A DNA stretch of 64,000 nt from the NCBI GenBank assembly GCA_964016885.1, contig OZ024743.1, forward strand, positions 158,844,001 to 158,908,000, given 5' to 3'. Each line of letters begins with the position of its first letter. The stretch's first letter is position 1. The DNA is from Eledone cirrhosa (lineage: Eukaryota). A model generated the notes under the pieces. It made no database searches and was not told where the DNA came from. It was given only the letters and a program-made list of their open reading frames with translations. A program made the position numbers and the translations under genes. Below are positions 44,109 through 54,922 of this stretch, in pieces.

Positions 44109-47100
44109 AGTTGCATTTATCTTGCTTTATGTTCATACGAGTTATCACCAAGTCACAACCAGTGACCTCAAGAGACAACAAGGTCCGCCATGTTCAAGAA
44201 AGAACATACATACTCACACATGCATCTTTAGTGTTTAGACTTGTGATGTACTTATATTGACAGAATCTTCTTTAGTATATGGGCAGTTCCCATTAGTACT
44301 ATCTTTTTTATTTCTCCTATACGCGGGTTTCCTGGGATTTGCGATAAGTAATCATTAGACCCCTTAGGTATCATTCCCAGAGCGCCCACAACCACTGGTA
44401 TTGTTTTAGTTCTCAATTTCCACATTTTTCCAATTTCTATCTCCAGTTCCTTATACTTGCTCAATTTTTCAAATGTTTTTATAGATACATTCTTGTCTAT
44501 TGGAACAGACATATCAATTAGCAGGCATAGCCTCTTTTTAAAGTCCTTCAATATTATATCAGGTCTATTTGCATCTATTTTTCGGTCTGTTTGGATGCTA
44601 AAGTTCCACAAGATTGAGATGTGATCTTTTTCAAGTATGGGAGGTGGTTGATGCTCCCACCAATTCTTTTGATGGGGCAGGTCAAAATGCTTACACATTA
44701 TCCAATGTATGTATTGTGCAGCTCTGTCATGCCTGTTTAGGTATTCGGTTGGAGCTATAGGACTGCACATTGAAATTAATTGGTCAATGGTCTATGGTTG
44801 TTTTTTGCACACACGGCATAATGGGCTGCATCCATTTTTTATTATGTTGGCTTGGTAATTTTTTGTTGGCAGACACTGATCTTGTGCTGATATAATCAGT
44901 CCTTCAGTCCAGAGGATGCCAACCTGCTTTGCTCTTTCTGTGTTTTCCATTTCAGCAGTAAATGGGACTTCTGAAATTTGTAGTCCATTACTGTATCTTT
45001 GTGCATCTTTTGTAATGGAATATGATCTTTTGATGCTTTCGTGTTTCAAAACGAGTTTGATCATCCAATCATGTGATTCCCTTAGATATGTAGATAATCC
45101 AATTGTTGCAGTTTTCAACGCAATGTCTAACTGGACTAACCCACGTCCTCCTTCTTTCTTGGGAGATATATTCTATCTATATCTGCCTTAGGGTGATGCA
45201 TTCTGTGCATGGTTAAGAATTTTCGAATTTTTGTATCGAGCCTACGGATCTCTGTGCTTGACCAGTTGATGACATTGTAACTGTAGGTTACTACTGGTAT
45301 GGCAAGCGTGTTTATGGCATCGATCCTATTCCTTGAATTCAATTCCGTTCTTAAGATTGCTCTGACTCTGCGGTAACATTCCTTCCTTATCCTTTCCCTC
45401 ATTGTCGAGTGCTTGATTCCGTCTCCTTCACAAACACCTAGATATTTGTAAGTTTTTTCTTGATCAAGTTCTCTTATTACGTTCCCCCGATCAAGATTAA
45501 TGTCTGAACTTTTCAGCAGCTTTCCTCTGGTGAACGTTGCTTTGGCGCATTTATCTAGTCCAAACTCCATTTTAATGTCATCACTGAACTGCTCCACAGT
45601 GGATAATAGCCCTTGCAATTGTTCATCATTTTTTGCAAATAGTTTCAGGTCATCCATGTACAACAAGTGATTAATGGTTTTGTCATAGACTTTATATCCA
45701 TGTTTTGTTTCATTGAGCATTTTACTTAATGGTATAAGTGCGATGCAGAATAAAAGCGGTGATAAAGAGTCACCCTGAAAAATTCCACAATTAATATTAA
45801 CTTCTCCAGCTTCCAGTGATTTTGTTTCACTATTCAAAAGGAGTGTCGTTTTCCATGTCTTCATACTGAATGACAAAAACCTCCTGACAACGGGGGATAT
45901 TTTGAAAATCTCTAAACAGTTTTCAATCCAACTGTGTGGCAAACTATCGAATGCTTTTTTATAATCTATCCAAGCAATTGATAGATTTTTGTGTCTATTA
46001 TGACAATCTTCCAGTATCGTTTTGTTAACCAAAAGCTGATCCTTACAGCCATATGAGCCTCGTTTACACCCTTTCTGCTGAATGGGAAATAGGTCATTTG
46101 TTATCAGGTGGTCATATGTGTATTCAGTTAGGACTGATGTTAACATTTTATACATTGTGGTCAAGCAAGTTATCGGTCTGTAATTTTGGGGATTGTTTGT
46201 CTCATCATTCATCGGAAGCAGGAATGTAATGCCGTTAACTAGCCATGATGGTATCTTTTCTGGTTCCTTAAATATTTCATTGTAAAGTTGGGCTAACAGC
46301 TCATGAGACTCTGTGAAGGCATTTATCCAAAAATGTTGTATTTTGTCTATTCCTGGGGATTTCCATTTGCTGGTTTTTCTTAGAGCCAAGCGCAACTGTT
46401 CAACTGTTATATTTTCCCATATTTGTTCCTCAAGGTGAGCTGTATCTTTCATTTGTCTGTCTATCCATGGGGCATGTATGTTATGAACCTTTTCTTCGGC
46501 CCAGATCTTTTCCCAGAATTCTTGCACTTCCTCCTTGGGTGGTATTGATTTAGCAGTTATTGTTGACTTACCAATTTTTCTGTAGAAGTTTCTTTGGTTG
46601 TTTTTGAACATATTATTGTCCTTATAGGATCTAGATCGTTTTTCAAAGCGCCTTATACGAGCAGCTTTGGCCGACACTTTTTGCTTGATTATTTCTATTA
46701 GCATGTCTATGTCACTTGTTGATTTTATACTATACTTTCTTTTCAATTTTCTAAGTTTAGTTTGTTTAACATGTTCACCTACGTTATAGTTTGTTAAAAT
46801 TTCTATGTCAGATCGGAGAAGGTTTATTTGGCGATTGATGTACTCTTACCAAGTAGATTTCTTGTGGGAATTCCTTTGTTTTTTCATCTTCACTCCACAT
46901 AAGTGAGTGGTGACTTTAGCCGATGCATAATAAGGGATGATTTAAATCAGTAATGTTTAGTTTGTTTGTGATGATAATGTTTTTGAGAATTATGTTAGTC
47001 TTGTGTATTATCTTTTGGTTCTGTTTGGAGTTCTGGATCTTAGGGAGGGTGTCTCGTTGCCCCATGTCAGATTCTTTCATTTTCATCCATTCGATCATAA

Positions 47101-47558
47101 TTTCATCCTTCAAGTTGGCAAGTTCATTCTCATTCATTTCATTATCATTTACGATCTCATTATTTTCATTCGGAGTTTCATCTTGAGCATGAACTCCCTG
47201 CACTTTTTCGATCCTTTCTTTAATTTGTTCTGTTGCCAGTGATTCCGCCCCAACCCTGGGATTCGAAGTGTTACAATTTACCTCGTTTTGACTGATACAT
47301 GTTTCATTTTCCCTTCGCTGACTTTGTGCTAATAGCTTGATCTGATCAATTTCTATATCAGTTAGTAACTTTTTTTTAACAATATTTCTTCGTATATTGG
47401 CTAGTTTGTTACTGTCAATATAGCCTCTGTTTTCGGGATGTTTCTTTTTCCAGTTGATATATGTCTGTTCTGTATTCGATGTATTTGATGGGTAGTACAT
47501 GGCAGTGTAGAAAACCTCAAGGACTTCTTTATTATCTTCCCTTGACCATTTTTCTCTC

Positions 47559-47560
<2 letters not shown>
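44109..47560 (-). mobile_element. Second (TAA)n-associated Dong/R4 family (B), 5'-truncated, frameshifted
   Basis: KWKSPGID, YRPITCL, WIDYKKAFDS, GIFQGDSLSP, LLYMDDLKLF, CRVC, RPDIILKD..IDMSVP; distinct 3' UTR; (TAA)n both sides. Confidence 0.9.
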
Positions 47561-47629
<69 letters not shown>

Positions 47630-47651
47630 CATTATTATTATTGTTGTTATT

Positions 47652-48756
47652 CCTTGAATCTCAGTCATTGATGTTGGTTAACTGGAAAGTCCGTTGGATT
47701 GAATATCAAGCCACTACCTGCAGCCTCAGATATTCAGGACGTATCGCGGGTTCTTGCTGTTCCAAGCAAGCATGCCTTTTGAAGCGTTCCAAAAAGCGTG
47801 AAGGGGCCGATTTTCTTTAACCATCCCTGGAAACTTTTGGAGATAGTCCCCAGTGCGCCTATGACAATCGGGATCACTTTGACTTCATGGCAGTTCCAAA
47901 TCCTTTTCACCTCCCACTTTAGGTCCTGGTATCGGTTAATTTTCTCCCTCTCCTTCTCTTGCACTCTCGTGTCGAACGGGCAGGCCACATCCACAATCAG
48001 ACACGATCTTTTTTCTTTGTCCACAACCACCAGGTCAGGTCTATTGTGTTCCAGTTTTTTGTCCGTCTGTATCCTAAAATCCCACAGCACCTTCACCTGA
48101 TTGTTCTCCATCACCGCCTCTGGCCTATGCTCATACCATTTCTCAGAATGTGGTAAATTGTTTACTTTGCACAGGTGCCAGTGGATCACCCTGCCCATCA
48201 CATCGTGTCTCCAGCCCTTATAGTGGGTCTGGGCTAGGTGTTTACACTCGGACACAATGTGAGCCACAGTCTCCTCTCTCTCTCCACAGATCCTGCACAG
48301 TGGGCTAGCCCCCTCCTTGTAGATATGGTGCTTCAACCACTTCGTTTTGAGGGCCTGCTCCTGCGCAGCCATTAACATTCCTTCTGTAGCCTTTTTGAGG
48401 TCTCCTCTTCTCAACCAGTTCCATGTCTGTGGATCTCTAAATTCAGTTTTCTCAAAGAAGGTACTATGAAGGGATTTTCCCTTAAGGCTGCTCTTCCTCC
48501 TTGATGTTATTTCCTCCTTGGACATCCCCTGGCCTACTGTCCCCTCCTTCAGTACAGTTCTGAGCATTGGCTGCTTACTATAGGTCACGTATTTGTATAG
48601 GTTGTTTTTCTCCATCTGAACACAGTCCTCTATGCTGATAAGACCTCTTCCACCCTCAGATCTCCTTAGGTAGAGTCTATCGACATCACTCCTCTTGTGG
48701 AACATGTTGTAGATAGTCAATAGCTTCCTATGTTGTAGATAGTCAATAGCTTCCTA
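47652..48756 (-). mobile_element. Dong/R4 family A copy D4, 5'-truncated
   Basis: ORF 47734-48720; 26-bp duplication at the 5' junction. Confidence 0.92.
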
Positions 48757-48794
48757 TTATTATTATTATTATTATTATTATTGTTATTGTTATT

Positions 48795-49900
48795 CCTTGA
48801 ATCTCAGTCATTGATGTTGGTTAACTGGAAAGTCCGTTGGATTGAATATCAAGCCACTACCTGCAGCCTCAGATATTCAGGACGTATCGGAGGGTTCTTG
48901 CCGTTCCAAGCAAGCATGCCTTTTGAAGCGTTCCAAAAAGCGTGAAGGGGCCGATTTTCTTTAACCATCCCTGGAAACCTTTGGAGATAGTCCCCAGTGC
49001 GCCTATGACAATCGGGATCACTTTGACTTCATGGCAGTTCCAAATCCTTTTCACCTCCCACTTTAGGTCCTGGTATCGGTTAATTTTCTCCCTCTCCTTC
49101 TCTTGCACTCTCGTGTCGAACGGGCAGGCCACATCCACAATCAGGCACGATCTTTTTTCTTTGTCCACAACCACCAGGTCAGGTCTATTGTGTTCCAGTT
49201 TTTTGTCCGTCTGTATCCTAAAATCCCACAGCACCTTCACCTGACTGTTCTCCATCACCGCCTCTGGCCTATGCTCATACCATTTCTCAGAATGTGGTAG
49301 ATTGTTTACTTTGCACAGGTGCCAGTGGATCACCCTGCCCATCACATCGTGTCTCCAGCCCTTATAGTGGGTCTGGGCTAGGTGTTTACACTCGGACACA
49401 ATGTGGGCCACAGTCTCCTCTCTCTCTCCACAGATCCTGCACAGTGGGCTAGCCTCCTCCTTGTAGATATGGTGCTTCAACCACTTCGTTTTGAGGGCCT
49501 GCTCCTGCGCAGCCATTAGCATTCCTTCTGTAGCCTTTTTGAGGTCTCCTCTTCTCAACCAGTTCCATGTCTGTGGATCTCTAAATTCAGTTTTCTCAAA
49601 GAAGGTACTATGAAGGGATTTTCCCTTAAGGCTGCTCTTCCTCCTTGATGTTATTTCCTCCTTGGATATCCCCTGGCCTACTGTCCCCTCCTTCAGTACA
49701 GCTCTGAGCATTGGCTCCTTACTATAGGTCACGTATTTGTATAGGTTGTTTTTCTCCATCTGAACACAGTCCTCTATGCTGATAAGACCTCTTCCACCCT
49801 CAGATCTCCTTAGGTAGAGTCTATCGACATCACTCCTCTTGTGGAACATGTTGTAGATAGTCAATAGCTTCCTATGTTGTAGATAGTCAATAGCTTCCTA
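48795..49900 (-). mobile_element. Dong/R4 family A copy D5, 5'-truncated
   Basis: ORF 48869-49864 identical in protein to the D6 C-terminus; same 5' junction as D4. Confidence 0.92.
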
Positions 49901-50012
49901 TTATTATTATTATTATTATTATTATTGTTATTGTTATTCCTTGAATCTCAGTCATTGATGTTGGTTAACTGGAAAGTCCGTTGGATTGAATATCAAGCCA
50001 CTACCTGCAGCC

Positions 50013-53000
50013 TCAGATATTCAGGACGTATCGGAGGGTTCTTGCCGTTCCAAGCAAGCATGCCTTTTGAAGCGTTCCAAAAAGCGTGAAGGGGCCGATT
50101 TTCTTTAACCATCCCTGGAAACCTTTGGAGATAGTCCCCAGTGCGCCTATGACAATCGGGATCACTTTGACTTCATGGCAGTTCCAAATCCTTTTCACCT
50201 CCCACTTTAGGTCCTGGTATCGGTTAATTTTCTCCCTCTCCTTCTCTTGCACTCTCGTGTCGAACGGGCAGGCCACATCCACAATCAGGCACGATCTTTT
50301 TTCTTTGTCCACAACCACCAGGTCAGGTCTATTGTGTTCCAGTTTTTTGTCCGTCTGTATCCTAAAATCCCACAGCACCTTCACCTGACTGTTCTCCATC
50401 ACCGCCTCTGGCCTATGCTCATACCATTTCTCAGAATGTGGTAGATTGTTTACTTTGCACAGGTGCCAGTGGATCACCCTGCCCATCACATCGTGTCTCC
50501 AGCCCTTATAGTGGGTCTGGGCTAGGTGTTTACACTCGGACACAATGTGGGCCACAGTCTCCTCTCTCTCTCCACAGATCCTGCACAGTGGGCTAGCCTC
50601 CTCCTTGTAGATATGGTGCTTCAACCACTTCGTTTTGAGGGCCTGCTCCTGCGCAGCCATTAGCATTCCTTCTGTAGCCTTTTTGAGGTCTCCTCTTCTC
50701 AACCAGTTCCATGTCTGTGGATCTCTAAATTCAGTTTTCTCAAAGAAGGTACTATGAAGGGATTTTCCCTTAAGGCTGCTCTTCCTCCTTGATGTTATTT
50801 CCTCCTTGGATATCCCCTGGCCTACTGTCCCCTCCTTCAGTACAGCTCTGAGCATTGGCTCCTTACTATAGGTCACGTATTTGTATAGGTTGTTTTTCTC
50901 CATCTGAACACAGTCCTCTATGCTGATAAGACCTCTTCCACCCTCAGATCTCCTTAGGTAGAGTCTATCGACATCACTCCTCTTGTGGAACATGTTGTAG
51001 ATAGTCAATAGCTTCCTAGTCTTCCTATCCATTTCTTTTTGTTCAGCAACATTCCATCTCAGAATTCCTGCACTGTACCTAATAATAGACACAGCTCGGG
51101 AATTTACTGCGCTTATGGCATTTCTGCTGTTCAGATGTGACTTCAATACGCTCCTTACTCTCCGAATGTATTCAGTTCTTAACAATTCCTTCATTTTTTT
51201 GTTCTTTATGCCATCAGCCTCCAGAACGCCCAAATACTTGTATCCTTCCTCAGAGTCAATTTCCTTTATCATCTCACCTGTTGGTATCTGGATCCCGTTA
51301 CTTCTGCTCAACCTACCCCTCCTCATCACAATGACTCCACATTTACCAATACCAAACTGCATACATATATCACTGCTGAAAATACGGACAGTGTCAACAA
51401 GCACATCCAACTCCTTCTCACTTTTCCCGAAGAGCTTAAGATCGTCCATGAAGAGGAGGTGATTGATGGTAAGCTCTCCCCTTCCCAACTTGTATCCTGC
51501 TCTCACTTTTCGCAGCATAATGGTCAAGGGCATCAGGGCAAGGACAAACAACAGAGGGGACAGGCTATCTCCCTGGAAGATACCTCTCTTGATCTTCACG
51601 CTTCCCAAGGATACTCCAGTTGATGTCAACTCTGTCTCCCAGGACCCCATACTCCTGCCCAGCAACTGTCTGATGTTATCTGCCACCCTGAAGATCTCCA
51701 GGCTTTTGGTGATCCAGGAATGAGGCACCATGTCAAATGCCTTTCTGTAGTCTATCCATCCCATGGCAAGATCAGTGTGTCTCCTCCTGCAATTCCCCAT
51801 TACCATCTTATCAATAAGCAACTGGTCCTTTGTACCACGTGACTTCTTTCGGCATCCTTTCTGTTCGTCCGGTAACAAGTTGTTTGTGTGGAGGTGATGG
51901 TAGATTTCCTCAGACACAATGCTCGTCAACAGTTTCCACATTACGGGCAGACATGTGATAGGTCTATAGTTGGTAACATCATTACCCTTGCTTCGGTCTT
52001 TCATTATCAGAACTGTGGTACCTTTTGTCAACCACTCTGGCACCTCACCCGACACCAAGCAGTCATTGAACATGGCCGTCAGCTTCGGGTGGAGGGATGT
52101 TAAATGTTTAATCCAATACCCCTGCACACCATCTGGGCCTGGTGATTTCCAGTTGGTTAGTTTTTTGGCTTGCCCCTTAAGAGTTTCAACTGTGATACTC
52201 AAATCAGTCTGTTGTTGTGCCTGCTCACCGATCTCCCTCTGTACTGTCTCAATCCACCCTGCCTGGGCATTGTGTCTAACATCCTGCTCCCATATTCCTC
52301 TCCAGAATGTTTTAGCTTGTTCCGCCCCAGGGATCAAGTCGTTGCCTCTTTCTTTCCCCTCAAGCTGTCCAAACAGCATCTTCTGGTTGTTGTCGAACAT
52401 GCGGTTCTGTTTATACTGACTGACTCTGTTCTCGTATCGCCTGATTTTGGCACTCTTTGCTACAATGCGTTGCTTCAATTCCTCTATGATAATATTTAGC
52501 TTTTTACTCCTAGTTTTGTATTTTATTTCCAGTCTATTTTTAGTGCCTATGTTTTTTAGTGTCCCATTCAGTAGTGACTCAAGCTTTCCTATGTCATTTC
52601 TCATTTCCCCGATTTGCCCACTCAGTCGCTTCTTCCACCACGGCTCTGCTCTTTCTTGTCTGTTGTTTCCTCTCGCTTTTATACCAAGTAGTTTCCTCAC
52701 CGTATTTGCTGTTGCTTTGAGGATATTGTTGCACTGGTGAAGACTCCTCGCCTCAAGGTATGGGATGACTTTGTTTACCTTAGCTGTTGTTTCTTTTAAC
52801 TTTTTCCTGTCTACAAATCTTAGGTTCATAGGTCTCCCACTATCATTGTTCAACTCATCTACCACTAAATTTAGGATGTCAACCGCATCTTGTCCTAGCC
52901 CGTCAGCATTCATCTCCTCAGTGGCCGTATCTCTGTTCCAGGTATTATTTATCTCAGTATTCAGATCATTGTCTGCTTCGGGTGGTTCCTCCGTTCTCAG

Positions 53001-53405
53001 GACCTCCTCACCTTCATTTCCCGCCGGCTCGCTTGTCTGGCATACTACACCCGCCATCTCCAAGCCATTCTCTCTGCTCAGTTCCTCCAGTTCCAGCTCG
53101 CTTATCCACCCATTAGTTCTTATTACCCGAGCCTGCCCGGCCAATTTTTGTTCATCTAATTTAAATAAACCAATCTCGTTCCAGATGTTATGCATCCGTC
53201 TCCTGTAGCCCCTCTCCTTGGGGTTACTTTTCAGGTAGCATTGCATAACAGTTCTATTCAATTCTTTCGTCCAGTTGGTTCTGGCCCCTTTCCTTCTTCT
53301 TCTTCCTCCAACATCAGCAGTATTTGGTTGACAGTCAGGTTCCTGCTGCTGAGCCAGGGGGCACCTGTTGGGTGAGAGTCTGTCACATGACGTTCTAGTC
53401 TCCAT
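50013..53405 (-). CDS. Intact 1130-aa RT-CCHC-RLE polyprotein of R4/Dong-clade retrotransposon
   Basis: WKSPGPDG, YRPITCL, WIDYRKAFDMVPH, GIFQGDSLSPLLF, LFMDDLKLF, YKYLG, CRIC-X8-H-X4-C, RPD..D..C..K RLE motif. Confidence 0.96.
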   Translation of the reverse strand: METRTSCDRLSPNRCPLAQQQEPDCQPNTADVGGRRRRKGARTNWTKELNRTVMQCYLKSNPKERGYRRRMHNIWNEIGLFKLDEQKLAGQARVIRTNGWISELELEELSRENGLEMAGVVCQTSEPAGNEGEEVLRTEEPPEADNDLNTEINNTWNRDTATEEMNADGLGQDAVDILNLVVDELNNDSGRPMNLRFVDRKKLKETTAKVNKVIPYLEARSLHQCNNILKATANTVRKLLGIKARGNNRQERAEPWWKKRLSGQIGEMRNDIGKLESLLNGTLKNIGTKNRLEIKYKTRSKKLNIIIEELKQRIVAKSAKIRRYENRVSQYKQNRMFDNNQKMLFGQLEGKERGNDLIPGAEQAKTFWRGIWEQDVRHNAQAGWIETVQREIGEQAQQQTDLSITVETLKGQAKKLTNWKSPGPDGVQGYWIKHLTSLHPKLTAMFNDCLVSGEVPEWLTKGTTVLIMKDRSKGNDVTNYRPITCLPVMWKLLTSIVSEEIYHHLHTNNLLPDEQKGCRKKSRGTKDQLLIDKMVMGNCRRRHTDLAMGWIDYRKAFDMVPHSWITKSLEIFRVADNIRQLLGRSMGSWETELTSTGVSLGSVKIKRGIFQGDSLSPLLFVLALMPLTIMLRKVRAGYKLGRGELTINHLLFMDDLKLFGKSEKELDVLVDTVRIFSSDICMQFGIGKCGVIVMRRGRLSRSNGIQIPTGEMIKEIDSEEGYKYLGVLEADGIKNKKMKELLRTEYIRRVRSVLKSHLNSRNAISAVNSRAVSIIRYSAGILRWNVAEQKEMDRKTRKLLTIYNMFHKRSDVDRLYLRRSEGGRGLISIEDCVQMEKNNLYKYVTYSKEPMLRAVLKEGTVGQGISKEEITSRRKSSLKGKSLHSTFFEKTEFRDPQTWNWLRRGDLKKATEGMLMAAQEQALKTKWLKHHIYKEEASPLCRICGEREETVAHIVSECKHLAQTHYKGWRHDVMGRVIHWHLCKVNNLPHSEKWYEHRPEAVMENSQVKVLWDFRIQTDKKLEHNRPDLVVVDKEKRSCLIVDVACPFDTRVQEKEREKINRYQDLKWEVKRIWNCHEVKVIPIVIGALGTISKGFQGWLKKIGPFTLFGTLQKACLLGTARTLRYVLNI

Positions 53406-54000
53406 TTCACCGTTATTCGAACTGTTTATGTTCGATATTTAAACACTCTTATCGAGGATTGGCGAACGTATGTTTACATAGCCATCTGTGGATCCGCCAT
53501 CCCACTTGGCCCTTGTGTGGCATTATCACCACGCTGTATACGGACACACATAAACAAACAAACACACGGGCAGAAAGGGCCCCAAAAATGAATAAGCATA
53601 AGTTTCATTGTAATGTAGTATTCGAATGTCTGACTTAGTTTTTGTTTTTTAAGTTTTACTTTTTCCCCCCTCTTCTCTGTCCGTCCGCCTGCTTCTCTCT
53701 TCATTCTTATTTTCTTTACGTTTTTGGGGTTTCTTTTTTTGTTTTTGTTTTTCTCTGTTTGTTTTTCTCGTTTTTTTTTTTTTTTTTTTTGTGCTGTTGT
53801 TGCTGTGCTGCTTTGGTTTTGTTGTTTGTTTTTACTTTTTTCTTTTGAGTCTATCTATATATTTTGATGCCTTCCTCTTTGTTAGTAGTAGGAATTCTAT
53901 AATGTGGAAGTGGCAGCCAGCAGTGACTGGCGGCGTTGGCGATACTGAGACAGTGGTGGTGGTGATGTCGATACCGAGGCAGTGGTGGCGGTGATGCGAC

Positions 54001-54649
54001 CGTATTACTGTAGTGATGGTGCTGTAGCGGTGGCAGCAGCAGTGAAGGAGTCAAGGGGTGGTGGCGGCGGTGATGGGATAGTGGTGGTAATGATGGCCGT
54101 AGTGAGCGGTGGCGGTGAAGGTGAAAATGCTGTTGTGTTTAGTGTACACAGATGATGGGGTGGGTGGTGTATCTAGTTTCTGGTGTTGGTGAGTTTAGCT
54201 GTCCTATATAGTGTAGCCAGAGGAGAGGAGGGGGGGGGGTTCTTCTTCTTCCATTTATAGCCATTTTATTTTTTTGGGATATACAGTGTACAATACAAAG
54301 TTGAATATTTGAATATTTGAGCCGTATTACTGTAGTGATGGTGCTGTAGCGGTGGCAGCAGCAGTGAAGGAGTCAAGGGGTGGTGGCGGCGGTGATGGGA
54401 TAGTGGTGGTAATGATGGCCGTAGTGAGCGGTGGCGGTGAAGGTGAAAATGCTGTTGTGTTTAGTGTACACAGATGATGGGGTGGGTGGTGTATCTAGTT
54501 TCTGGTGTTGGTGAGTTTAGCTGTCCTATATAGTGTAGCCAGAGGAGAGGAGGGGGGGGGGGTTCTTCTTCTTCCATTTATAGCCATTTTTTTTTTTTTT
54601 TTGGATATACAGTGTACAATACAAAGTTGAATATTTGAATATTTGAGCC
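54001..54649. repeat. About 322-bp tandem duplication in the D6 5' region
   Basis: 54001-54322 repeated at 54323-54649. Confidence 0.9.
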
Positions 54650-54831
54650 TTATAACAATATATTTTGGGTCCGAATTTTTTGGGGCTCAAGCCGGTTGCT
54701 TTACGTAGCATTTGTACTGAGAGTTGTTATTTCACAAATGATTTAAATATGTTAAAAATTCAAAACTTACGGGAGCGATTTCATGACCTCCGTCACCTCG
54801 TGCGTCTTCTTCCCTTTTGGTTATTATTTTG

Positions 54832-54921
<90 letters not shown>

Positions 54922-54922
<1 letters not shown>

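Larger units (their letters stand above)
49939..54832 (-). mobile_element. Apparently full-length Dong/R4 family A element D6
   Basis: About 1.4 kb 5' region, single intact ORF, 74-nt 3' UTR, (TAA)n both sides. Confidence 0.92.

Noticed and set aside
50086-53375. Recurrent plus-strand ORFs antisense to the Dong ORF
   Set aside because: Repeated only because the element copies are near-identical; no independent domain signal
53420-53540. HDV-like or twister ribozyme upstream of the Dong ORF
   Set aside because: UCCUCG and UAAUGCC fragments are present but the required pseudoknot pairings could not be assembled
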